DNA from: Octopus vulgaris | Taxonomy: Eukaryota | Assembly: GCA_951406725.2 (NCBI GenBank) | Contig: OX597823.1 | Coordinates: 49,662,001 to 49,726,000, forward strand | Length of the DNA: 64,000 nt | Direction of reading: 5' to 3' | In this document: positions 27,335 through 39,221 of the stretch, piece by piece | Layout of the letters: every line of letters begins with the position of its first letter | Numbering within the stretch: position 1 is the first letter of the stretch | The notes under the pieces: generated by a model | Told to the model about the DNA's origin: nothing | What the model saw: the letters and a program-made list of their open reading frames with translations, nothing else | The model's database searches: none | Position numbers and translations under genes: made by a program

Positions 27335-27625
27335 ACCATAGACAAGGGTGGTATGAGACTGGATATTGTGCTCACATCACTTTCATCAAAAAAAGTGATT
27401 CTGATTGAACTCACTGTGCCATATGAAAACAAAGTGGCGAAAGTTCATATCTACAAAAATGAAAAATATGACCGGTGAACCATCAGACTGAGAGAATCTG
27501 GACTGATTCCGAACCAAAGTCCTCAGCACATGGGTGGGTGCAAGAGGGTTTGAGGGCAAATATGCCTATGGTTTCATGAAATGGCTCTCAATTTCTGGGA
27601 TGGGCTAATTTATGTCCAAAATGAC
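27335..27625 (+). mobile_element. REL-endonuclease (R2-group: NeSL/HERO/R4-like) LINE 3' fragment
   Basis: MRLDIVLTSLSSKKVILIELTVPYENKVAKVHIYKNEKY, then VGARGF...: a degenerate RPD..(I)ELTVP..K..KY restriction-like endonuclease motif. Confidence 0.75.
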
Positions 27626-27679
27626 AAGAGAGAATAATTCACTCCACGCAAAAAAAAAAAAAATATATATATATATATA

Positions 27680-28361
27680 TACTCTTTACTCTTTCTCTTT
27701 TACTTGTTTCAGTCATTTGACTGCGGCCATGCTGGAGCACCACCTTTAGTCGAGCAAATCGACCCCGGGACTTATTCTTTGTAAGCCCAGTACTTATTCT
27801 ATCGGTCTCTTTTGCCGAACCGCTAAGTGACGGGGACGTAAACACACCAGCATCGGTTGTCAAGCAATGCTAGGGGGACAAACACAGACACACAAACACA
27901 CATATATATATATACATATACGACAGGCTTCTTTCAGTTTCCGTCTACCAAATCCACTCACAAGGCATTGGTCGGCCCGGGGCTATATATGTGTGTGTGT
28001 GTGTATGTGTGTGTATATATGTGTGTATGTGCGTGTGTGTGTATATATATGTGTGTGTATGTGTGTGTGTGTGTATATGTATATATATGTGTGTGTGTGT
28101 GTGTTTGTGCGTATGTATGTGTATATATATGTGTGTATATATATATATATGTATATATGTGTGTGTGTGTGTGTATGTATATATGTATGCACATATATAC
28201 ATACACACTGTGGTAAGTAGCTTGCTAACCAACCACATGGTTGCAGGTTCAGTCCCACTGCGTGGCATCTTGGGCAAGTGTCTTCTGCTATAGCCCCGGG
28301 CCGACCAATGCCTTGTGAGTGGATTTGGTAGACGGAAACTGAAAGAAGCCTGTCGTATATG

Positions 28362-28392
<31 letters not shown>

Positions 28393-28752
28393 ATGTGTGT
28401 GTATATATGTGTGTATGTGCGTGTGTGTGTATATATATGTGTGTGTATGTGCGTGTGTGTGTATATATATGTGTGTGTATGTGCGTGTGTATGTATATAT
28501 ATATGTGTGTGTGTGCGTTTGTGCGTATGTATGTGTATATATATGTGTGTGTATATATATATGTATATATGTGTGTGTGTGTGTGTGTATGTATATATGT
28601 ATGCACATATATACATACACACTGTGGTAAGTAGCTTGCTAACCAACCACATGGTTGCAGGTTCAGTCCCACTGCGTGGTATCTTGGACAAGTGTCTTCT
28701 GCTATAGCCCCGGGCCGACCAATGCCTTGTGAGTGGATTTGGTAGACGGAAA
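27680..28752. repeat. Rearranged SINE A: minus-strand 3' part plus two tandem plus-strand heads with duplicated microsatellite
   Basis: 27901-27987 is the exact reverse complement of 28289-28375. The heads at 28208 and 28622 are 414 bp apart. Confidence 0.85.
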
Positions 28753-28763
28753 CACATATATAT

Positions 28764-29488
28764 CATTTTTTATATCTAGTTTCAGCTCACAAGCTGTGGC
28801 CATGCTAGGGCACTGCTATTTGGTGTTACTACATAATTTTATATCATGAATGCTTTTTAGTAATTGAAATTTGGTGCATGAGGTAGTTTGATGCTGCTGC
28901 CCTCATCTGCACCTCCTGCCGCAAAGTTGGTTCATCTGGGACACTTGACAGTAAGAGGTCCAGCTATATTTTGAAGACACCTACATCCACCCCATGCAGG
29001 TCTCTCAGGCTACTGCAGTACCTTGCCTTACATTTTGATGTGTGTGTGTGTGTCCTTGTGTGACTATGCAGTGGTGCCCAGTTTTAGTATTTGTGTCTCT
29101 CGATGCCAAAGTTTGGAACAATTCCTTCAAGGATCTTCCAGATGTATATTATGGCATATCTTCCTTGCCTACACTCTAAGGAATAGTCTTAAACTTTTGA
29201 GTCTTTCCCAGTAGCTTATATGCTTTGTGTAGCTTCATTGGATTGCCTCAGGTTCTAAGATTAATTTGACACAGGTTGGTGACCATAGCGGAAGGCAATA
29301 GTCAAAGTGACTTAGGACAAGTGCCCTCCAGAGACAATCTTGGTTTCCTGATCTATTGTTATAAAAGTTCTAAGAATCCATCCGGTCAGCAGCCTGCATA
29401 TCATTGCCAGTTTAACAACATGCACATGGAAGAATGCATCATTACTCATGTAAATGCCCACGTCTATCACTGACTGTGCCTCAGGGGC
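28764..29488 (-). mobile_element. CR1/L2-group LINE 3' portion (RT C-terminus and 3' UTR)
   Basis: Minus-strand frames read [89 protein letters not shown] and LDLLLSSVPDEPT...RAAASN. Confidence 0.85.
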
Positions 29489-29489
29489 A

Positions 29490-29522
29490 TATATAGATAC
29501 ATATTTACATGCATAAATATAT

Positions 29523-29555
<33 letters not shown>

Positions 29556-29710
29556 CATACATATATATACATATGCATATATATACATATATATACATAT
29601 GCATATATATACATATATATATACATATGCATATATATACATATATATACATATGCATATATATATACATATATATACATACATACATATACATATATAT
29701 ACATATGCAT

Positions 29711-29741
<31 letters not shown>

Positions 29742-30203
29742 CATATATATACATACATACATATACATATATATACATACATACATACATATATATATAT
29801 ATATACATACATATACATATATATACATACATACATATACATATATATATATACATACATATACATATATATACATACATACATAAATACATACATATAC
29901 ATACATATATATATAAATACATACATATACATACATATATATATAAATACATACATAAATACATACATATACATACATATATATATATACATACATACAT
30001 ACATACATATATACAAACATACATATATAGATATATATATATATACATACATATATACATACATACATATATACAAACATACATATATAGATATATATAT
30101 ATACATACATACATATATAGATATATATATATATACATTCATACATATATAGATATATATATATATATTATACATATATATATATATATACATACATATA
30201 TAC

Positions 30204-30242
<39 letters not shown>

Positions 30243-30296
30243 CATACATCTATATATGTATATATATATATACATATACATATGTATGTATCTATG

Positions 30297-30345
<49 letters not shown>

Positions 30346-30452
30346 GTATGTATCTATGTACATAAGCATATATATATATATATATGCATATATATATATA
30401 TGCATCATCATCATCATCATATAGGCGTATATTCCATGCTAGCATATTGGAC

Positions 30453-30496
<44 letters not shown>

Positions 30497-30655
30497 GCAT
30501 ATATATATGCATATATATATATATATATATATGCATATATATGCATATATATATATATGCATATATATATGCATATATGTATGCATATATATATATATGC
30601 ATATATATATATATGTATATATTCATATATACATAAATATGTATGTATATACATA

Positions 30656-30687
<32 letters not shown>

Positions 30688-30720
30688 CATACATATATAT
30701 ATTGATATATATATTTATAT
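29490..30720. repeat. Very long compound (TA)n/(TACA)n/(TATGCA) microsatellite
   Basis: Directly visible, ~1.2 kb, interrupted by a family E stub at about 30403-30452. Confidence 0.95.
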
Positions 30721-30721
30721 A

Positions 30722-30878
30722 TAGGGAGAGTTTACGAAAAAGACAAAAGATGAAAACAGGTGGTGTACAAAACAAACAGATGTATTAGTATAACGGTCAG
30801 GAATAGAAAAAGTCTTTTACGTTTCGAGTCTACACTCTTCTAAAGAAAGGGACACAGAAAAAACAAGGAGAGAAAAAT
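30722..30878 (-). mobile_element. Short Penelope-type terminus with decayed minimal hammerhead
   Basis: Similar to 1428-1533. Minus strand 30849-30814 reads CTTT-CTTTAGA-A-GAGT-GTAG-ACTC-GAAAC-GTA-AAAG. Confidence 0.7.
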
Positions 30879-30879
30879 A

Positions 30880-31165
30880 TTTATATATATATATATATAT
30901 GTACACATATACATATGCATGTATATACATAGGTGTATATGTATATACATATATATCTGTATACATATATATATATATACGTATACACATATATATATGT
31001 ATATATATATATTTATTTACATATATACATATACATACGTATATGTACATATGTATGTATATATACATATATATTTACCAATAAGTACATAAATATACAT
31101 ATACACCTATACTTATATACATATATATGCATAACTGTATGTATATACATATATACCTATATACA

Positions 31166-31202
<37 letters not shown>

Positions 31203-31490
31203 TATATATACACGTATGTATACATATGTATGTATATACACATGTGTATATGTATATACATATAAATATGTATAAATCTATATACATATGTATAGATACA
31301 TGTGTATATGTATATACATATAAATACGTATAAATATATATATACATATGTATATATACATGTGTATATGTATATACATATAGATATATACGTATATATA
31401 TACACATATCTATGTACATACATACATTTATATAGATATATATATGTGTAGATGTATATGAATGTATACGCACACGAATACATATGTATG
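30880..31490. repeat. Degenerate (TA)n/(TACA)n low-complexity tract
   Basis: Directly visible. Confidence 0.9.
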
Positions 31491-32775
31491 TCAAACAAGT
31501 ATGTTTTTAAATATGTACCTAAACATGTTAAACAAGTACATCGTGGTAGATATGTTAAAGACATTTCAAAACGCACACACCCACAATAATAGATCTCTTT
31601 AAATTTATTTCATAACAGTTTTATGACACAGGGTTTAGTGTCCCCATAATACTGTCTGATGTCTGTAAGCTAGTCACAGTTAAAGTACCCACTGCATTTG
31701 TGGATAAGTGTCAGTGACCCAGTCGGTCGTGTATGTACGTACACTGACCTGTTGACACTTAACAGTAGATAACAAAATTAAAGAAAATTCTAGGGAATGT
31801 TTGTGCGTTTGTGTTTTTTAATGACTATCACAGAGCAAATGTTTTTAGCTGCAATATATATTCTCAGAACTAGTCACTTGCCAAACAAGTATAACTCCAA
31901 AATATATGAAAAATAGATAGATAGAGAGAACAAGACATACAGAGAGAGAGAGTGTGGGGAGGGGGAGAGAATAATGAGAGAATGTGTGATTCAGTGAGAG
32001 AAATGGCAAGTATGTTAATGACTTCATATGCAAAATCATTAAAGTGGTCAATGCATACTTGTGAAGAAGTGTGAAGTGTCTATGGTATGTAAATATGTTT
32101 AGGTAACTAAACATACAATTAAATAGAATGTGATAGTTATAAGCACACGCATACACCAGCACATACGCATGCACACGTACACATGCTGTTTCAAGCAGGA
32201 GACATACATATCCATCCAGTCTGCAGGCAGAGATCTGCTTCATGCAGTTGAGTGCTAGTAGAGAGCGAAGGAGCAGCAATGAGTTGTAGCAATATATATA
32301 TATATATATGTACAGCTATGACAGGAAAATAAGGGAAAGAAAGTATGGGTTTAAAACAACAAAAAAAAAAAGGGTGCATACTGAGAAGATTATGCATTGT
32401 AATCAATTGTTGTATAAATAAACATTAAAAGTAGCCGAGCGATAAAAACACCTGAAAATGTAAGTAGGAGAGACGGCCGATGGGAATAAGCAATGAGCGT
32501 TGGTCAAGGATGCATTTGACAATAAAAAAGTTGACCCACATCAGAGGGAGACCGAAGATCTCATAATGTTGGCCCTCATACAGAAGATGTAGTTACATGA
32601 AAAAAAAAACCCGAAAAAAATGAACACGTGTGTGGCACCTTGGGGCAAGTGCATTCTACCGACTAAAACCTTGTGTATTGATTTGGTAGAAGGAAATTCA
32701 AAGAAAGGCCATATATATATATATATACACACACACATACATATACACATACGCGCACACACACACACACACACA

Positions 32776-32827
<52 letters not shown>

Positions 32828-32966
32828 TATATAAGATTCAGTTGAATTAGGTACTAAAGTTGAAGCACCAAGTCAGTCCGGTATTATCTGCACAGTTTGA
32901 AGTAAGGTGAATAATATATATATATATATATATATATGTGTATGTGTGTATATATATATATATATA

Positions 32967-33025
<59 letters not shown>

Positions 33026-33037
33026 TGTGTGTGTATG

Positions 33038-33111
<74 letters not shown>

Positions 33112-33689
33112 AAAGTATATGTATATATATGTATATAGATATATATGTATATACACACACACACACACAGAGGCATGAAATTGTAAGGATCTTTTAGACG
33201 TTGACTTTTGAGGAATTAGCCACAAATTTTCCGTTTGTTGTGTGTCTGTGAAATGTCTGAAATATTTATGCGTGTGTCTTTTGTGTTGGTGTTTGTCTCG
33301 CAGCACTGCTTGACAACTAACGTCGGCGTGTTTACATCCCCATGATATAGCAGTTCAGCAAAAAGAAACCAACAGAATAAGTACCAAGCTTACAAAAAAA
33401 AATAAATAAATAAATAAATAAATAAGTACTGAGGTTGCTTCATTCAACTAAAAAAACAAGAATTCTTCATGGCTGCATTCTAATGACAAGTAAATAAATA
33501 AATAAATAAAAATGATGAGGATGATAAAGCTGCTGTTGTTGATTATGATGATGATGATATGCATAGCTCGTCTAAGTTTAGAGTTTCTAACTTGTCTCTG
33601 GAAAGATAACCATCATCATGTATTTTTTCAAGGTAATGTTTTATGGCTGGATGCCCTTCCTAATGCCATCCCTTAAGCAGACACACAAG

Positions 33690-34590
33690 ATAGGGTGTAC
33701 TTATTCCTGACTTTGACATACAAATGCTGGTGAGGAACGGAATGCTGCTGTAACTGAACAGAAAGGCATATGCTTCGCATGTGAAAACTACTATGAGTAG
33801 AGTAATGAATGCGGAACAACAGAAGATGCTGGAAATGAAATAGAAATAGTTCAGTGGATGACCATAGTACTGGAGAGAGAGAGAGAGAGAGAGAGAAAGA
33901 GGGATATATATATATATATATAGGCGCAGGAGTGGCTGTGTGGTAAGTAGCTTGCTTACCAACCACATGGTTCCAGGTTCAGTCCCACCACGTGACACTT
34001 TGGGCAAGTGTCTTCTGCTATAGCCTCGGTCTGACCAAACTGAAAGAAGCCTATCGCGTATATATATATATATATGTGTGTTTGTGTGTCTGTGTTTGTC
34101 CTCCCAACATCGCTTGACAATCGATGCTGGTGTGTTCATGTCCCCGTAACTTACTGGTTCAGCAAAAGAGACTGATAGAATAAGTACTAAGCTTACAAAG
34201 AATAAGTCCTGGGGTCGATTTGCTCGACTAAAGGCGGTGCTCCAGCATGGTCGCAGTCAAATGACTGAAACAAGTAAAAGAGAGAAAGAAAAAATATATA
34301 TATATATATATAAAGAGAGAGAGAGAGAATTGCAGGAATACAGCCCAGAAATGGATGTTGTGAATAAAAATGGGATGAGGTGGCAAAGTCACATGCTCAG
34401 GAAGGATGAAAGTGTCACACTGAGTGGAGTGATGGAAATGAACATGAAGGGATGCTGAGGAGGACGACTAAGAAAAGCATGACTAAAGATTACAGAAGAT
34501 GAAACGGAGCCAAGAGGTTGAAGAGGCAAGGACAAAGGGAATAGAGCAAAATGGAGAAGACTCGCAACGACCCCAACTCTAGGTAGGAAA
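33690..34590 (+). mobile_element. RTE-type LINE fragment split by a SINE A insertion
   Basis: Degenerate ...EIEIVQWM before the SINE and KNGMRWQSHMLRKDE...GGRLRKA...NRAKWRRL after it (RLRWxGHVxR / GRPRKxW-like). Confidence 0.5.
33922..34290 (+). mobile_element. SINE family A
   Basis: GGCGCAGGAGTGGCTGTGTGGTAAG head through to the GACTGAAACAAGTAAAAGAG tail, with a small internal deletion. Confidence 0.9.
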
Positions 34591-35778
34591 ATAAACTTAT
34601 GAAGCATTTACGAGTAATGTCATCTTTTGCCTATCCTATCAAGTTTGTTTCATTAATAATCTGCTCTAAAAACAGTGCGGTTTGTTAAAATCTGAGTGAT
34701 TGGAAGAATCAAGTCCCAGAAAGCATGTAATCATATCAAAGAAACACGACTGCTGTTTTAATAAACTCCCCAATTATTGCAAGATAGCAATGATGTGTCT
34801 CTTGATGACAAGCCAAAAGCAACAAACGTGAAGAAACTAGGGTACTCCACCTGATAATAAACTGCCAGACTGTTGTTTTTCTTTCTAAATATTAAACAAA
34901 CTTACAAGTTTAAAATATTTAAATTATTCTAAACATTGTCAAATCTTTACAATTTATTTACGTTTTCAAACCATTTTTTTTTAGTTTTGTTTTTAATATT
35001 TTTACTGATGGTATTCCACTCAATTTAACTCAGTTTCCAGTATTTTAATGTAATTATGAAGTGATATGGATTGATTAGGGTCTACCACTTTATATATGTA
35101 CAAACAAGATCAGGGAGAAAGAGTTTTAGAAACAAATAAATGTTGTAAAACCATGATGCAATACTACTAATTTTTCAGTCAGTCCTAAGTAAGTTGAATT
35201 GCTTTACTCACAATGCAACATCTTAGGTGTGATGCCTTGCTTTTTCAATAAAGGTTTTATTTGGAAATGATTCAATTATAGACAGTTATATACTCTAGAT
35301 TTTGTTGTTGTCATTCTTGTAAATGAATATTATCTAGAACCAACAACTTGAGAGCATTCACCCAAGTCTGGCATCTGTCCAATGTTGTCTTCACTTGGGT
35401 AAATTCCACACAAGTGCAATACTTATGTACTTGTAATGAAACATATTTGATACAGACTAAAATACATATCATGTTTGCAATATATTATTATTATGATCAT
35501 TTAAATAATAAATTAATGAATTAAAATAATAGTACATCAATGCTAAGCAACAATATAACAGTAATAATTTGTGATTTCTGATAAAGTACTAGCTATGAAA
35601 AGAAAGTGAAAGAGTTCTAGTGGTGGATGGAAATCAGGTTCCAAAATTTTCTCACCACATCTTTTGGAAAAGAACAGAAAAAATATGCAGAACTGAAACT
35701 TACTGTAGACCAACGTTTGTCACATTATACTCAACCATACAGACTACAACAGGTGCCTTTGTTTTGCTTCACTTTAGT

Positions 35779-36112
35779 GAAGGTACATGGCTCAGTGGTT
35801 AGAGTGTCAGGCTCACAATTATGAGGTAGTGAGTTTGATTCCCAGTCTGGGCTGTGTGTTGTGTTCTTGAGCAAGACTCTTTATTTCATGATGCTTTAGT
35901 TCACTCAGCTGTAGAAATGAGTTGCAATGTCATTGGTGCCAAGCTGTATCGGCCTTTGCCTTTCCCTTGGATAACATCAGTGGTGTGAAGAGGGGAGGTT
36001 GGTATGCATGGGCAACTGCTTGTCTTTCATAATCGACCTTGCCTGGACTTGTGCCTTGGAAGGTAACTTTCTAGGTGCAATCCCATGGTCATTCACGATC
36101 GAAGGGTGTCTT
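35779..36112 (+). mobile_element. tRNA-derived SINE family C, full length
   Basis: A box TGGCTCAGTGG, B-box-like GAGTTTGATTCCC and a CORE/V-like CTTGAGCAAGAC...CAGCTGTAGAAATGAG. An inverse copy lies at 47658-47990. Confidence 0.85.
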
Positions 36113-36725
36113 TTATAATAGTGAAATATTACTAAACCATCACTATTATCTTTATTATTGCTGATAGCTAAATTAAAAAACAAAATTATCATAAAATGAA
36201 AGCTGGCTGTCCCGAGACTAAATTTCATCCATACACACCAAACTGCTAATTCTAGTTTTAAGATACATTTTACAGATGCTCTGAGATGAATTATCAGCAA
36301 TGTTTTAGGGATCTGAGTGTTTCAGGTCTTTCAACATCAGACCACACTCACCCATTTGACCCAGCTGGGTTACATCAAGTCCCCCTCTGCATCCTAGTAA
36401 CAGCAAACTATTAATCTTCCCTCTCTATTCAAAGCCACCAAGTGGCCTTCTCTGCTGTTTCAGTGATAGAATTTATAACCCTCCTTTTTTGCAGCATCAG
36501 CAACTCCAAGCCCAGTCAGAGTTTTGAAGAATGAATGCCCCATAAAACCTCAACAACCCACTTCTATTGCTGCTCAAAATAGCGCTCAGTCTCAAAGAAC
36601 ATGTAAATATTTCAAACTGCTACTTTACTGTAATTCTAAATGAAATCAAACTGATTCTTTTACAAAGTTTCTCTGTGCAAACAGATCAAATGGGCCTGTG
36701 AATTTAGATACTTCTATATTTTTAA

Positions 36726-37067
36726 CCCTTTAGCATTTAAACTGGTCACATCTGGCCCAACTATTCTACCTGTTTTATTTTCAAACTGCCTAGATTTGGG
36801 CTTTCACATCTACTTTACCATGTCATACTAAAAATATACAATCATGTACACAAGCATGTATCTGACTCATGCATTGTTCGCTTTCCAGACATTTGTACAT
36901 TACTGCATATACTCTGACAAGTTGTGGTGCACCTGAGCACTGTATACAATAATTTCATTATTATTATATCATCAAAATTTCAAAGCTAAGAGATAATACA
37001 TGATTAATTCAAAACCATGTAAATAAATAAACATAACATTTGGCAGAATAATCTCAATGGTGAAGAG
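36726..37067. mobile_element. piggyBac-type MITE with internal insertion (about 36846-36965)
   Basis: TTAA-CCCTTTAGCATT start and degenerate AAGAG-TTAA end; homologous in reverse to 44860-45066. Confidence 0.7.
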
Positions 37068-38491
37068 TTAATATCTTCCAATCACTGTTGTTATCATAAA
37101 ACATCAACTGGAGAAACTATCATTGTAGAATCAACTCAATCTATACATGTGGCCTCTACACACATAGATGGAACTAGAACCATAACACATTCATTACCAT
37201 ATCCACTGAAAGACACTGCCTCTGTTTCAATTAATATTGGTTTCGAATTTTGGGTGGGATGAGTCAATTACGTTGACCCCACTAATCAACTGTTACTTAT
37301 TTTACTGACTCCGAAAGCATGAAAGGCAAAGTCACCCTCAGTGGAATTTGAACACAGAACGTAAAGATGAGTAAAATGCCACTAAACATTTTGCTAGGTG
37401 TGTTAACGAGTCTGCCTAGAAAACTAACGAAAAATTTAGTAAAATGATTTTGTCATAAATCTGCAACATAAATTAAGATTTCAACATGAATCAAGATTTC
37501 ATCCAAATTTAGGTTCACTTTAAAAGATCACCTTAAAATGGGAAGCTTGTATCATGGAATCAATGCTGTTCTTAGGTGGGTTGGTATCTAAAAGGGTCAA
37601 AACAAGACTTCTGAGAAATAACTCCAAACTTTATTTTCATCAATCTATCAAATGAAATGCTTCTACCTGTTGGAAAATGACTAAGACAACAATAATCAGA
37701 GTGGAATGAACTTATAAATTACACAACAGCTTCTGAGTCATAGTCAACTTGGGAACAGTTAAACTAGGGCTATTCAATAATAATTAAACACAATTTTTAA
37801 ATAACATCTGATGAAAAAAGTAAAGTAATGACATGACGTATATCCAAAAATGTGATTAGATAGCACAAAATTTTGAATTTAAATTTTGCAAGTGCATTAC
37901 ATTCTTTATGAGCAAAGCATAAACCAAATCAGTCCAAACAGGTGTTTGGCATTAGAATCACTGCCATTCAATCAAAATATGCTGAAAATCAAATAGCAAA
38001 GTATTAACAGTTGATCTGAAATCAAGAATACAGATGAGATGAACTATAGCTATAAAGATGTCTCAAACACACAAGTAAATCTACATCAAAATCAGTCTAA
38101 TGGATGGTAAGAAGTAGAGAGCTTTAGTAGGTAGATTAATTATCCCACAAAACAAACAATAATTCAAATGGTTAGTTCTATAATTTTCCAACTGCAGAGG
38201 ACATCAATCTGTCACAGACAACTTTGCCCAGAAGTTAAAAATTGAGTTTGGGTGACTTGCCCATAAACAGAATAAAATGCCCACAGTGAAATAGGAAACA
38301 AAACATGACCCCAGAAATATTTTATCCATTTTGTACATACTGATAAGGAGGAATGACATATCTTATAATAATATCATATACCTGTTTAAAAAGATATTTC
38401 AGAAAGTGGCAATAAAGAGGAAATGATAGAATATACTGAGTGTAAAGTACAAGAGGAAACAGATGTCCAACATGGACATGATACTATATAT

Positions 38492-38723
38492 ATTTCTTTA
38501 CTACCCACAAGGGGCCAAACACAGAGGGGACAAACAAGGACAGACAAACGGATTAAGTCGATTACATCGACCCCAGTGCGTAACTGGTACTTAATTTATC
38601 GACTCCGAAAGGATGAAAGGCAAAGTTGACCTCGACGGAATTTGAACTCAGAACGTAACCGCAGACGAAATACGTCTACGCATTTCGCCCGGCGTGCTAA
38701 CGTTTCTGCCAGCTCGCCACCTT
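38492..38723 (-). mobile_element. SINE family B, young copy with TSD
   Basis: TSD ATGATACTATATAT at 38478-38491 and 38724-38737; CpG-rich body. Confidence 0.9.
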
Positions 38724-39221
38724 ATGATACTATATATGTATGAGGAGAGGGAACACTTGATGTAATGGAGTACAGTAATTGACTGGCATGTGTTATTGGT
38801 TCAGAAGAAATGATTAAAGACATATTTGACCAAGGTAGATTTGAACTTTGGCTAGAAACAGACATAACTAATGACAACAAAGACCACAACCACCACTACT
38901 ACTTTTCGCTTTTAGGGTAAACACAAGAGTGCCGAGGGGTGCTGCTGTACTCCATTTCTGAGTACAGGAGTCAGTGTCACATCAGGCAGTGAAGCAGCTC
39001 TGTAAATGTTTTGGTCACTTCTACCATGGCGCCAGAGTTATCTGGGGTTACCCACCGATTTATACAACAAAACTCCAGCACAACAGCGTAAAGTTTGTTG
39101 AGTCACATGTTTCTACCATTTTCAATGCTTGTTCATGCTGCATTACTTGTCCACTTTCTTAAACCATATGTATTACTACTACTACTACTACTACTACTAC
39201 TACAACAATAATAACAATAAT

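Noticed and set aside
31647-31658. TAATACTGTCTG, resembling the 5' end of miR-8/miR-429
   Set aside because: Similarity stops after ~12 nt and no matching star arm is present.
35356-35405. ACCCAAGT/ACTTGGGT inverted repeat
   Set aside because: Only a short stem with a poorly paired interior; expected by chance.
35779-35850. tRNA-like sequences with A and B boxes (heads of SINE families A-D)
   Set aside because: No complete cloverleaf or acceptor stem, and each continues into a SINE body, so they are not called as tRNA genes.
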